From NCBI GenBank assembly GCA_963797885.1, contig CAWCRQ010000143.1, positions 2,349 to 66,348 of the forward strand: a DNA stretch of 64,000 nt. The letters are read 5' to 3'. Of this stretch, positions 51,150 to 59,374 are shown piece by piece (the first letter of the stretch is position 1; each line of letters opens with the position of its first letter). Origin of the DNA: an uncultured Acidobacteriaceae bacterium. GTDB lineage: Bacteria > Acidobacteriota > Terriglobia > Terriglobales > Acidobacteriaceae. A model generated the notes under the pieces. The model did no database searches. It was not told the DNA's origin and saw nothing but the letters and a program-made list of their open reading frames with translations. The position numbers and the translations under genes are program-made.

Positions 51150-51527
51150 TCAGGCCGCGTCCTCCGCTAAGAATTTGGCGAAGGAACGAATCAACTTCAA
51201 CTTGTCCTCCCGTAAACCGCGCAGCTCTTGTTCATTGAGTCGGCTTTCGTGCAAAAGTCTCCCAAAAACGTGCGCGAGTTGCGAATACCGATAGTCGTAC
51301 TTGCGGTCGATCTCTTTACGACGTTGGGTCAGGTAATGTTCCAAGTCCCACAGATCTGACGACTGCTGGATCTGGCTGGCCATCTTCTTTGCTTGCTGAA
51401 TCACCTCGTGAAGCTCTCGCCCCAGGGCAGCGTCGAAGGCTGTGCGGGCGATGGCCTTTTCTGACCTCGACCAAATCGGTTCGTTCTGGTAGGGATAGCT
51501 GTCTTGAGTCACAGACGGGCTGGTCAT
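51150..51527 (-). CDS. Fluorescence-recovery-protein (FRP) family homologue
   Basis: ..PIWSRSEKAIARTAFDAALGRELHEVIQQAKKMASQIQQSSDLWDLEHYLTQRRKEIDRKYDYRYSQLAHVFGRLLHESRLNEQELRGLREDKLKLIRSFA aligns motif-for-motif with cyanobacterial FRP as remembered (PWSQAE..A...F..A..REL....V...AS.I.Q..DLW.L..FL...R.EID.KYD.R.S....VF..LL.E....EEL..L..DK...I). Confidence 0.7.
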   Translation of the reverse strand: MTSPSVTQDSYPYQNEPIWSRSEKAIARTAFDAALGRELHEVIQQAKKMASQIQQSSDLWDLEHYLTQRRKEIDRKYDYRYSQLAHVFGRLLHESRLNEQELRGLREDKLKLIRSFAKFLAEDAA

Positions 51528-52576
51528 GTTCCGATCCTCCGTGGCCGCATTCTACCCCTTGCCCGAATGCCTTTTCTACAGCTTCGCTGGCCCCGTCCGC
51601 CGGGACAGATTCCACATGTTTCGCCTGCTGCTGCCCATCCGTTCTGAGGTCGAAAAGGTCGTTCACTGGATGTCCGAGATTCTGTTTGCAGCCGAGATAG
51701 CGTTCCGTTGTCTGGACGGAGGCATGTCCCAGCAAGAATTGAATCTGCTCCAGCTCACCTCCGCTGCTGTGGCACAGCTTCGCACAGGTTCTCCGCAGGT
51801 CGTGCGGTGCAATGTGCTCCAGCCCCGCTCTCTCGCAACACGTCTTGACTACATACCACACAACATTCTGCGAGATGCCTTTCCCCCACACCTTTCCCGT
51901 CCTGGCTACGGCTCGAAAGATCCTTCCCTGCGTGACCCCTTGCTGCTCGTGTCCACTGATCGAGGGCTACTTTCACCCATTCTGGAATGGGCACGGTACG
52001 GATGTGGCCACCCTTGCCGATCAGATCCACCACTGCCCAGTGACGGTGACGCATCTGGATCTCATCCAAATCCAAGCCGACCAACTCAGATCTGCGAAAG
52101 CCACAACCAAACAACATGGCCAGCATCGCGCAGTCGCGCTTGGCTCGCATGCTATCGCCACAAGCACGGTTAAGTACTTCTGAACTTTGCTCTGCGCTCA
52201 ACCAATTACCGGAGCGAAACCGGAGTTGCTTGACTCCTTTAACTCGGCTGATCCCCGCCGCCAACTCAGGGCTCAACAAGCCTGAATCGGCGGCTTCGTG
52301 AGCGAGACGGCGCACCGCTGCGAGTTGTTGGTTGACGGTGTTGGCGGCCAGACCGCGTGATTCGAGGTGCATGCGGTAGCGAACGACTACGATACGATTG
52401 AAGGCGAGGCGCGGCTCGGAGCAGTACCAGGCGATAAATTGATCGATGGCGTACTCATAAACCCGGCGCGAGGCGGGCGAGCCGAGGCTATTGAGCACCG
52501 CCAATTTACAATGATCCAGATCCGGCAGCCGAAGCACTCGGCGACGATAATTTGACTTGATTCTTTGTTTGCCCAT
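51316..52576 (-). pseudogene. Tyrosine recombinase/integrase with a single frameshift near 51940
   Basis: N-terminal part ..YEYAIDQFIAWY..ANTVNQQLAAVRRLA..AMLAMLFGCGFRRSELVGL..IGKGGHIRTVPIPEWVKVALDQWTRAA continues in the -1 frame as GVTQGRIFRAVARTGKVWGKGISQNVVWYVV..HDLRRTCAKLC..LLGHASVQTTERYLG. The 3' tail of the ORF overlaps the FRP-like gene. Confidence 0.8.
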
Positions 52577-52804
52577 GGCGACGGCCTCCCATGCCGCAGG
52601 ATTGGAACTACGGCAGACCGTCGGGGCAATGCAAGCACTGCACCAGGTACCGGCTTAGATCAAGATGACGAGGTTGAGGATCTTGATCACGGTGAGAACC
52701 GAATTCGGCTGGGTTGTCCGCGGTAAGGGGCATCGGTTATTCTGGCGAGGCTGGGACGCGTCTCCCTGCATCGCCCCGTGTCCGTTTCTCCCTGGAGTTC
52801 ACCC

Positions 52805-53953
52805 ATGACGTTGACCCGGTTCGTCACTAAGAACGCCTTCCGCAACAGGCGCCGCAGCATTCTCACCGTGCTGAGCATCGCTTTCTCTTTGCTGCTGCTC
52901 ACGCTGATGATGGCCATCTGGCGCGGCTTTTACCTGGACGACGGCAGCAAGGAATCGGCGCAGCGCCTGGTCGTGCGGCACCGCGTTTCGCTGACGTTTT
53001 CACTTCCCAGTTTCTACCGGGAAAAGATCCGGGCGATTCCTGGAGTGGTTGCCGTTGTCCCGGTTTCGTGGTTTGGCGGAATTTATAAGGATCAGAAGCC
53101 GGAAAACTTCTTCGCCCAGTTCGCCGTCGATCCGGAAGAATTCTTCAAGGTCTACCGCGACATCCAGATGCCCGAGGATCAAATCACCGCGTGGCAGCGG
53201 GACCGGCAAGGCGTGATCGTCGAGGACGATCTGGCCCAGAAATATGGATGGAAGCTGGGTGACCGCATCGTGTTGCAGGGTACGATTTATCCCTTCAATC
53301 CTGAACTAAACATCCGCGGCATTTACCACACTGACCCGGCCGCAAAGTCGGTTTACTTTCATACCAAGTACATGGAGGAGTCGGTCGGCTTCTTCAAAGG
53401 TCAGGCTGGCACATTCAGCGTGCTTGCGGCCAATCCCTCCGATGTCAGCCAGATCACGACCTCCATCGACGACATGTTCCGCAACTCGCCGCAACCGACC
53501 AAGGCGGAGAGCGAAAAGGCCTTCGGCCTCGAGTTCGTGGCCATGATGGGCAACGTGAAAGCGTTCATCCTGAGCATCTGTTCGGCTGTAGTTTTCGCGA
53601 CTTTGCTGGTCTCGGCCAACACCATGGCGATGTCGATCCGCGAGCGCACTCGCGAAGTGGCCGTTCTCAAAACTCTCGGTTTCACGCGCCGCAGCGTTCT
53701 TGGCTTATTTGTCAGTGAGGCGGTCGCCCTGTCATTAGTGGGCGGGCTGATCGGCATTTTCCTGGGTTGGCTCATGGTGTATGGGCTGACCCATTCGCCG
53801 CAGTTCTTCAGCTTCTTCCCCCTGAAGGTGACGGCCGGCATTGGTGTGCTTTCCATGGTGACGGCCGGTTTGGTGGGGCTGCTGAGTTCAGCGGTGCCGT
53901 CGTATCACGCATCGCAGGTCAACATTGTCGACGGACTGCGCCACATCGGCTGA
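52805..53953 (+). CDS. ABC transporter permease, FtsX/MacB-type (paralogue 1)
   Basis: MTLTRFVTKNAFRNRRRSILTVLSIAFSLLLL.. is followed by a large periplasmic loop and a C-terminal FtsX 3-TM bundle (..RTREVAVLKTLGFTRRSVL..). Confidence 0.85.
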   Translation: MTLTRFVTKNAFRNRRRSILTVLSIAFSLLLLTLMMAIWRGFYLDDGSKESAQRLVVRHRVSLTFSLPSFYREKIRAIPGVVAVVPVSWFGGIYKDQKPENFFAQFAVDPEEFFKVYRDIQMPEDQITAWQRDRQGVIVEDDLAQKYGWKLGDRIVLQGTIYPFNPELNIRGIYHTDPAAKSVYFHTKYMEESVGFFKGQAGTFSVLAANPSDVSQITTSIDDMFRNSPQPTKAESEKAFGLEFVAMMGNVKAFILSICSAVVFATLLVSANTMAMSIRERTREVAVLKTLGFTRRSVLGLFVSEAVALSLVGGLIGIFLGWLMVYGLTHSPQFFSFFPLKVTAGIGVLSMVTAGLVGLLSSAVPSYHASQVNIVDGLRHIG

Positions 53954-54027
53954 TTTTGTGTAGGGGCGGACGCGCTCGTCCGCCCGGTCGAGCGAAGCTC
54001 GACGGTTCTTGAGATCAGGACGAACTT

Positions 54028-55179
54028 ATGACGCTGGGAAGTTTCATCGTGCGCAACACGTTTCGCAACAAGCGGCGCAGCCTGCTGACCATGATCAGCA
54101 TCAGCTTCTCGCTGCTGTTGCTGACGCTGATGATCTCCATCTGGCGCTCGTTTTACGTGGATCAGGTCGCGCCCGAAGCGTCGCGGCGGCTCATCATTCG
54201 CGATCGCGTTTCGCTGGCGTTTTTTCTGCCGGCGTACTATCGCGACAAGATTCGCAGCGTCCCCGGCATCACCGCAGTCGCTCCGCTGACCTGGTTTGAA
54301 GGCCGCTACATCGACAACCGCCCCGAGCACTTTTTTGCGCGGCTGGCCACCGATCCCGACGAATATCTGAAGGTTGCATCGGACAAAATCACGCCGCCGG
54401 ATCAGGTCAAGGCCTGGCAGCAGGATCGCGCCGGCGCGCTAGCGGACGTCACTTTGGCCGATAAGTACGGCTGGAAACTCGGCGACCACATTCACCTTCA
54501 AGGCACGATTTTCCCCTACGATCTCGATCTGACGATTCGTGCCATTTATCATCGTGATCCGCCGCAGAACGCGCTTTATTTCCACACTAAATACTTGGAA
54601 GAAGCCGTGCCGTGGTTCAAGGGACAGGCGGGATGGTATGCCGCGCAGGTCGATTCAGCGGATCACGTCGCATCCGCGTCGAAACAAATTGATGACATGT
54701 TTCGTAACTCGCCGCTGCAGACCAAGAGCGAGAGCGAGAAGGCGTTTCAGCTCGGCTTTGTCGCCTCGCTGGGAAACGTGAAGGCATTCATTCTTGGAAT
54801 CTCCGGCGCGGTGATGTTCGCCATTATGCTGGTTTCGGCCAACACCATGGCGATGTCGGTGCGCAGCCGCACCCGCGAAGTGGCTGTGCTAAAGACGCTC
54901 GGCTTTACGAAACAGCGCGTGCTCTCGATCTTCGTGAGCGAAGCCATCGCTCTTTCGGTGGCCGGAGGAGTGCTGGGAGTTCTGGTGGCGATCCCGGTCA
55001 TCACAGGCATGACACATCGTTTCATCGGGCTCGGCATTCCTTTGGACATGAAGGTGAAAGCGCCGACCGCAGGATTGGCGTTGCTGGTGGCTTTGATTCT
55101 GGGCGTGGTGAGCGGCTATCTGCCAGCGTATCGTGCATCGCGCATGAATATTGTGGAGGGGCTACGGCATATTGGGTGA
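54028..55179 (+). CDS. ABC transporter permease, FtsX/MacB-type (paralogue 2)
   Basis: MTLGSFIVRNTFRNKRRSLLTMISISFSLLLL..RTREVAVLKTLGFTKQRVL.. is clearly paralogous to 52805-53953. Confidence 0.85.
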   Translation: MTLGSFIVRNTFRNKRRSLLTMISISFSLLLLTLMISIWRSFYVDQVAPEASRRLIIRDRVSLAFFLPAYYRDKIRSVPGITAVAPLTWFEGRYIDNRPEHFFARLATDPDEYLKVASDKITPPDQVKAWQQDRAGALADVTLADKYGWKLGDHIHLQGTIFPYDLDLTIRAIYHRDPPQNALYFHTKYLEEAVPWFKGQAGWYAAQVDSADHVASASKQIDDMFRNSPLQTKSESEKAFQLGFVASLGNVKAFILGISGAVMFAIMLVSANTMAMSVRSRTREVAVLKTLGFTKQRVLSIFVSEAIALSVAGGVLGVLVAIPVITGMTHRFIGLGIPLDMKVKAPTAGLALLVALILGVVSGYLPAYRASRMNIVEGLRHIG

Positions 55180-55245
55180 AGAAGCTTTCCCACCGTCCGA
55201 AAACCGCGAAGGGTGGGCCATCCTTCGAGCAGAGAGAGTTGAACT

Positions 55246-56433
55246 ATGGCGATTCCGATCAGCTATAACATCCGCAATCTAAGGCTACGCAAAGGTCTCA
55301 CGGTTATGACCGCGCTGGGCATCGCGCTCACCGTCACCACGGCGATTTTCCTGATGGCGCTGGTGGCCGGGCTTAACCGCGCCTTCGTCTCGAGCGGCAG
55401 CAAGCTGAACGTGCTGGTGCTGCGCAAGGGATCAGAGTCGGAACTGACCGGCGGATTCGATGCTGCCCTCTTCCCCACGCTGAAAGTGCTTCCGGGCATC
55501 GCCAAAGATAGTCACGGCGAGCCGCTCGCCTCCGGCGAGTGGAACGTGGTGATCGTGCTGCCGCGGAAAGACGGCACCGGGGAAGTGAACGTAACCGTGC
55601 GCGGCATGATGCCCGACGGGCTTGAGATGCGCCAGTTGCCGGGCGCGGACGGCAAGCCGAGCGTGAAGCTTGTGGAAGGGCGCTGGTTCGAGACCGGGCA
55701 GCGCGAAGTAGTAGTGAGCAAGTCCATCCGCGAGCGCTTCGCGCATGCCAATATCGGCGACACGATGGAGTTCGGCAAAGGATCGTGGAAAGTAGTCGGC
55801 GTGTTTGACGCGGGCGGTTCGGCATACGAGTCTGAAATCTGGGGCGACGTGAATCAGATGGCCTCCGACTTCGACCGCCAAGGAGGCTTTTCGTCGGCGT
55901 ATCTGCGTGCGACTGATCCTATCGCCGCCGAGGCACTCAAGAATCGCGTGAGCGACGATCAGCGGCTGAAGCTCGACGGTTTGATCGAGACCGATTATTA
56001 CGCCAAGCAAACCAGTTCCGGCACGCCCATCAAGATCATCGGGATCGTGGTGGCGATCATTATGGCGATCGGATCGATTTTCGCCGCCATGAACACCATG
56101 TATGCGGCGGTGGCGTATCGCGGGCGCGAGATTGCGACTTTGCGGGTCATCGGCTTTTCCCGGCCGGCGATTCTGACGTCGTTCGTGCTGGAATCGTTGA
56201 TTCTGGCTCTACTGGGCGCGGCGCTGGGCATTGTGCTCATGCTGCCGTTCAACGGCATGCAGACGGGGACCTCGAACCAGGTCACGTTCAGCGAGGTCGT
56301 TTTCGCCCTGCGCATTACATGGTCGGTAGCAATCGCAGCCATGTGTTTTGCCCTGGTGATGGGATTTTTCGGCGGGCTCGCTCCCGCCTGGCACGCGGCG
56401 CGGCAGAATATATTGAACGCGCTGCGGGGATAG
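55246..56433 (+). CDS. ABC transporter permease, FtsX/DevC-like (paralogue 3)
   Basis: MAIPISYNIRNLRLRKGLTVMTALGIALTV..GREIATLRVIGFSRPAIL.. is a more divergent FtsX-family permease. Confidence 0.85.
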   Translation: MAIPISYNIRNLRLRKGLTVMTALGIALTVTTAIFLMALVAGLNRAFVSSGSKLNVLVLRKGSESELTGGFDAALFPTLKVLPGIAKDSHGEPLASGEWNVVIVLPRKDGTGEVNVTVRGMMPDGLEMRQLPGADGKPSVKLVEGRWFETGQREVVVSKSIRERFAHANIGDTMEFGKGSWKVVGVFDAGGSAYESEIWGDVNQMASDFDRQGGFSSAYLRATDPIAAEALKNRVSDDQRLKLDGLIETDYYAKQTSSGTPIKIIGIVVAIIMAIGSIFAAMNTMYAAVAYRGREIATLRVIGFSRPAILTSFVLESLILALLGAALGIVLMLPFNGMQTGTSNQVTFSEVVFALRITWSVAIAAMCFALVMGFFGGLAPAWHAARQNILNALRG

Positions 56434-56458
56434 CAGCACTTCGCTCGGCGCGGAATGT

Positions 56459-56600
56459 TTTGAAAGGGCACGCCTTAAGGCGTGCCGCCAGGCAACTGCA
56501 ACGAGCGCGGCTTTAGCCGCTGGGGGCGTTGCCTCAGGGCCTGAAGGCCCAATGCAACTGGGGCTTTCGGGCGGCGTGGCTGAAGCCACGCCCTTTCAAA
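56459..56600. repeat. 142-nt GC-rich multi-hairpin intergenic element (REP/BIME-like)
   Basis: Outer arms TTTGAAAGGGC / GCCCTTTCAAA enclose GGCACGCC-TTAA-GGCGTGCC, GCGGC-TTTA-GCCGC, GGGCC-TGAA-GGCCC and GGCGTGGC-TGAA-GCCACGCC, plus AGGCAAC..GTTGCCT. Confidence 0.6.
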
Positions 56601-56657
56601 GCGATGCGGAGAGAGGTTGAATGACACAATCTCAACGGCAGTTCGTAATTTTCAAAT

Positions 56658-58040
56658 ATGGCGATTGATACCAAACACGAAGATCTGCAGAGCCTGCGCA
56701 TCGACCGCTCGCAGCGCGGCGACAATGGCGGCGGCGAGCCGCCGGCCTGGACGCGGCGTTTCATCATCGTCGGGATCGCGATGGTCGTGCTGCTCGGCCT
56801 GATCGCAGTCGCTTACCGCGCGTTTTCTGCGAGCGTGCCGGAAGTTGAGGTCGCCCGCGCCGCGGCTGAGTCGAGCGATGTAGGCGGAACGGTGCTGTCC
56901 GCGACCGGCTACATCGTGGCCCATCACACCATCAACGTAAACTCAAAGGTCACGGGCCGCCTGGCGTGGATTGGCGTGGAAAAGGGCGACAAGGTCAAGG
57001 AGGGCCAGGTGCTGGTCCGCCTGGAAGACCAGGAATTTCGCGCTGCGTATGAGCAGGCCGAAGGCGCCGTAGCCAACGCCCGCTCCTATCTCGAAGAACT
57101 GCAGCACGGTTCGCGGCCGCAGGAGATTCAGCAGGCGCAGCACAATCTCGACGAGGCCCGCGCCACGCTGGTTAACGACAAGCTGACGCTTGACCGCACA
57201 AAAGAGCTTACCGCCGCAGGCGTAGTCTCACGGCAGCAACTAGACGACGCGACCGCCAAGTTCGAGGCCGATCAGCAGCGCGTGAATTCGCTGCAGAGAG
57301 CGTTTGAGCTGACGTATATCGGTCCGCGGCAGGAAGAGATCGCCCGCGCCCAGGGCGCTCTCGTGCAGGCTCAAGGGCAGCTGGATTATGCCAAGTCCCA
57401 GCTGGACGCCACCATCATTCGCGCGCCCGTGACCGGCACCATTCTCGATCGCACTGCGGAGAAAGGCGAGCTGATTACGGCGCAGTTTGCCAGCGCGGCC
57501 GCAGGCGGGCCTCAGGGATCGGTTGTATCGCTCGCTGACCTGAACGATCTGCAGGTGGAGCTCGACATCGCCCAGGCCGACTTTGCGCGACTCAGCCCAG
57601 CGCAGAAGGCAAAAGTCACGACCGACACGTATCCAGACAAGGAATACGACGGCGTCATCGCGCAAATTTCACCCGAGGCGAACCGGCAGAAGGCGACGGT
57701 GCAAGTAAAGGTTCAGGTGCTGAATCCGGACAAGTATCCCGAGATCCAGCTGCGGCCAGAGATGAACGCAACTGTAAAATTCCTGGCCAATGACACACCG
57801 AAGGATGCGAAAGGACCTTCCGGCGTTTTTGTTCCGTCGGCGGCGATTCGCGATCGCGACGGCAAGAAAATTGTTCTGGTTGCGTTCAACGGCAAGGCTG
57901 TCGCTCGCGAGATTCACGTACTGAGCCCGCGCAGCGATGGAGCGTTGGTTGACGGGCTGGTCGGCGGCGAGAGCATCATCACGACCGCGCCGGCAACTTT
58001 GAAGGACGGGGACAAAATCAGAATCAAGGGTCAAAACTAA
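56658..58040 (+). CDS. Efflux transporter periplasmic adaptor (HlyD/MFP, MacA/DevB-like)
   Basis: N-terminal TM anchor, lipoyl/barrel-sandwich segments (..GYIVAHHTINVNSKVTGRLAWIGVEKGDKVKEGQVLVRL..), a long coiled-coil hairpin, then ..IIRAPVTGTILDR.. Confidence 0.88.
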   Translation: MAIDTKHEDLQSLRIDRSQRGDNGGGEPPAWTRRFIIVGIAMVVLLGLIAVAYRAFSASVPEVEVARAAAESSDVGGTVLSATGYIVAHHTINVNSKVTGRLAWIGVEKGDKVKEGQVLVRLEDQEFRAAYEQAEGAVANARSYLEELQHGSRPQEIQQAQHNLDEARATLVNDKLTLDRTKELTAAGVVSRQQLDDATAKFEADQQRVNSLQRAFELTYIGPRQEEIARAQGALVQAQGQLDYAKSQLDATIIRAPVTGTILDRTAEKGELITAQFASAAAGGPQGSVVSLADLNDLQVELDIAQADFARLSPAQKAKVTTDTYPDKEYDGVIAQISPEANRQKATVQVKVQVLNPDKYPEIQLRPEMNATVKFLANDTPKDAKGPSGVFVPSAAIRDRDGKKIVLVAFNGKAVAREIHVLSPRSDGALVDGLVGGESIITTAPATLKDGDKIRIKGQN

Positions 58041-58067
58041 GAAGAACAATCCTCCGAAAGGGCAATC

Positions 58068-58781
58068 ATGAGCACAGTCGCACAAACCAACGTTGCCACC
58101 AGCACCAAAGTTGTGCAGGCGCGGGGCGTCACGAAAGTCTTCAAGCGCGATGCTTTCGAAGTGAAGGCGCTGGACGATGTTTCCATCGACATCGCCAAGG
58201 GAGAATTCCTTGCGCTCATGGGTCCTTCGGGCTCGGGCAAAACCACGCTACTGAATATGATCGCCGCCATTGATCGCCCGACGGGCGGCGAACTGCTGGT
58301 GCAAGGACAGGACATTTTCCGCTTCAGCGATGGCCAGATCGCGCGCTGGCGCAACGAGCACATCGGCTACGTTTTTCAGACGTTCAATCTGATTCCTGTG
58401 CTCACCGCGTTCGAAAACGTGGAATTGCCGCTGCTGCTGACCAGGCTGAATGCGCAGCAGCGACGCGACCACGTGATGACAGCGCTGAAACTGGTTGGAC
58501 TGGAAGATCGCGTTGACCACCTGCCGAAGCAGCTCTCCGGTGGACAGGAACAGCGCGTTGCCATCGCGCGGGCGATTGTCAGCGACCCAACCTTAGTGCT
58601 GGCCGACGAGCCGACGGGCGACCTCGATAGTCACTCGGCCACGGAAGTTTTGGAGATTCTGAAGCGGTTGAATGAGGACTTTCACAAGACGATCGTGATG
58701 GTCACGCACGATCCGCACGCAGCTTCGTATGCGCACGTGACCCGGCATCTGGAAAAAGGAATGCTGCTGCCACCGGGCTAA
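58068..58781 (+). CDS. ABC transporter ATP-binding protein (MacB/LolD/DevA-like)
   Basis: Walker [11 protein letters not shown]-loop, signature LSGGQEQR, Walker [14 protein letters not shown]-loop VTHD. Confidence 0.92.
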   Translation: MSTVAQTNVATSTKVVQARGVTKVFKRDAFEVKALDDVSIDIAKGEFLALMGPSGSGKTTLLNMIAAIDRPTGGELLVQGQDIFRFSDGQIARWRNEHIGYVFQTFNLIPVLTAFENVELPLLLTRLNAQQRRDHVMTALKLVGLEDRVDHLPKQLSGGQEQRVAIARAIVSDPTLVLADEPTGDLDSHSATEVLEILKRLNEDFHKTIVMVTHDPHAASYAHVTRHLEKGMLLPPG

Positions 58782-58826
58782 TCAAGACTTCGTGCACCCA
58801 ACATCGCATCGGTGTGGAGCGACCGG

Positions 58827-59040
58827 TCAGCTTGCGTGTGCAAAGTTCGGGACTACCGGGCTTGCTTCAATTACCGGACTCGTATCTGCTACCCAGCGCC
58901 AGGCACGTTTGCCATTGCTGGCGTGCACGGCTTCGGCCTCGCCATATTCCACCAGGCGGTTTAGGACCGTCGTGACGGAGGCCATCGGATCCTTGTGCCG
59001 GGCCAGCATGGCGGGCAGCTTCTGCTCGAAATATTCGCAT
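58827..59040 (-). pseudogene. 5'-truncated remnant of a small (possibly winged-helix) gene abutting MITE-like copy B
   Basis: The reverse-strand frame opens immediately after a stop at 59041-59043: ..EYFEQKLPAMLARHKDPMASVTTVLNRLVEYGEAEAVHASNGKRAWRWVA.. No start codon context is present. Confidence 0.3.
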
Positions 59041-59045
59041 TAGAT

Positions 59046-59209
59046 GGTTTTGAGTGCTATCGCCTGTGGGTGTTGAAAAAGGAACGAAAGCAGTAATTTC
59101 AGCGAATTTTAGCGTCTGCAGCGAACCAACATTCAATAACCTACAAACGAATTTCGCTGTTGAGAATTCCCTGAAAGGAGTTTTTCAACAGCCACGCCTG
59201 ATAGCGACA
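59046..59209 (+). repeat. ~163-nt MITE-like repeat, copy B
   Basis: Aligns over its whole length with the reverse complement of 18209-18371. Internal inverted repeats are GTGGGTGTTGAAAAAGG (59066-59082) and TTTTTCAACAGCCACGC (59181-59197). Confidence 0.7.
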
Positions 59210-59374
59210 CCTATCGCTAAACAGCAAGCGACGGGGCAACTCTTTGTCGGGCTATTGCAGTTTCGCATACTCCGCTTTGGCTTCCTTCAGAGAGAGGATA
59301 AAGGGGATAATCACCGATTGAAGGCTTGGCAAACCCTGGGTGATTTCGGCAATTATCCCTATCCTGCTTGGACT

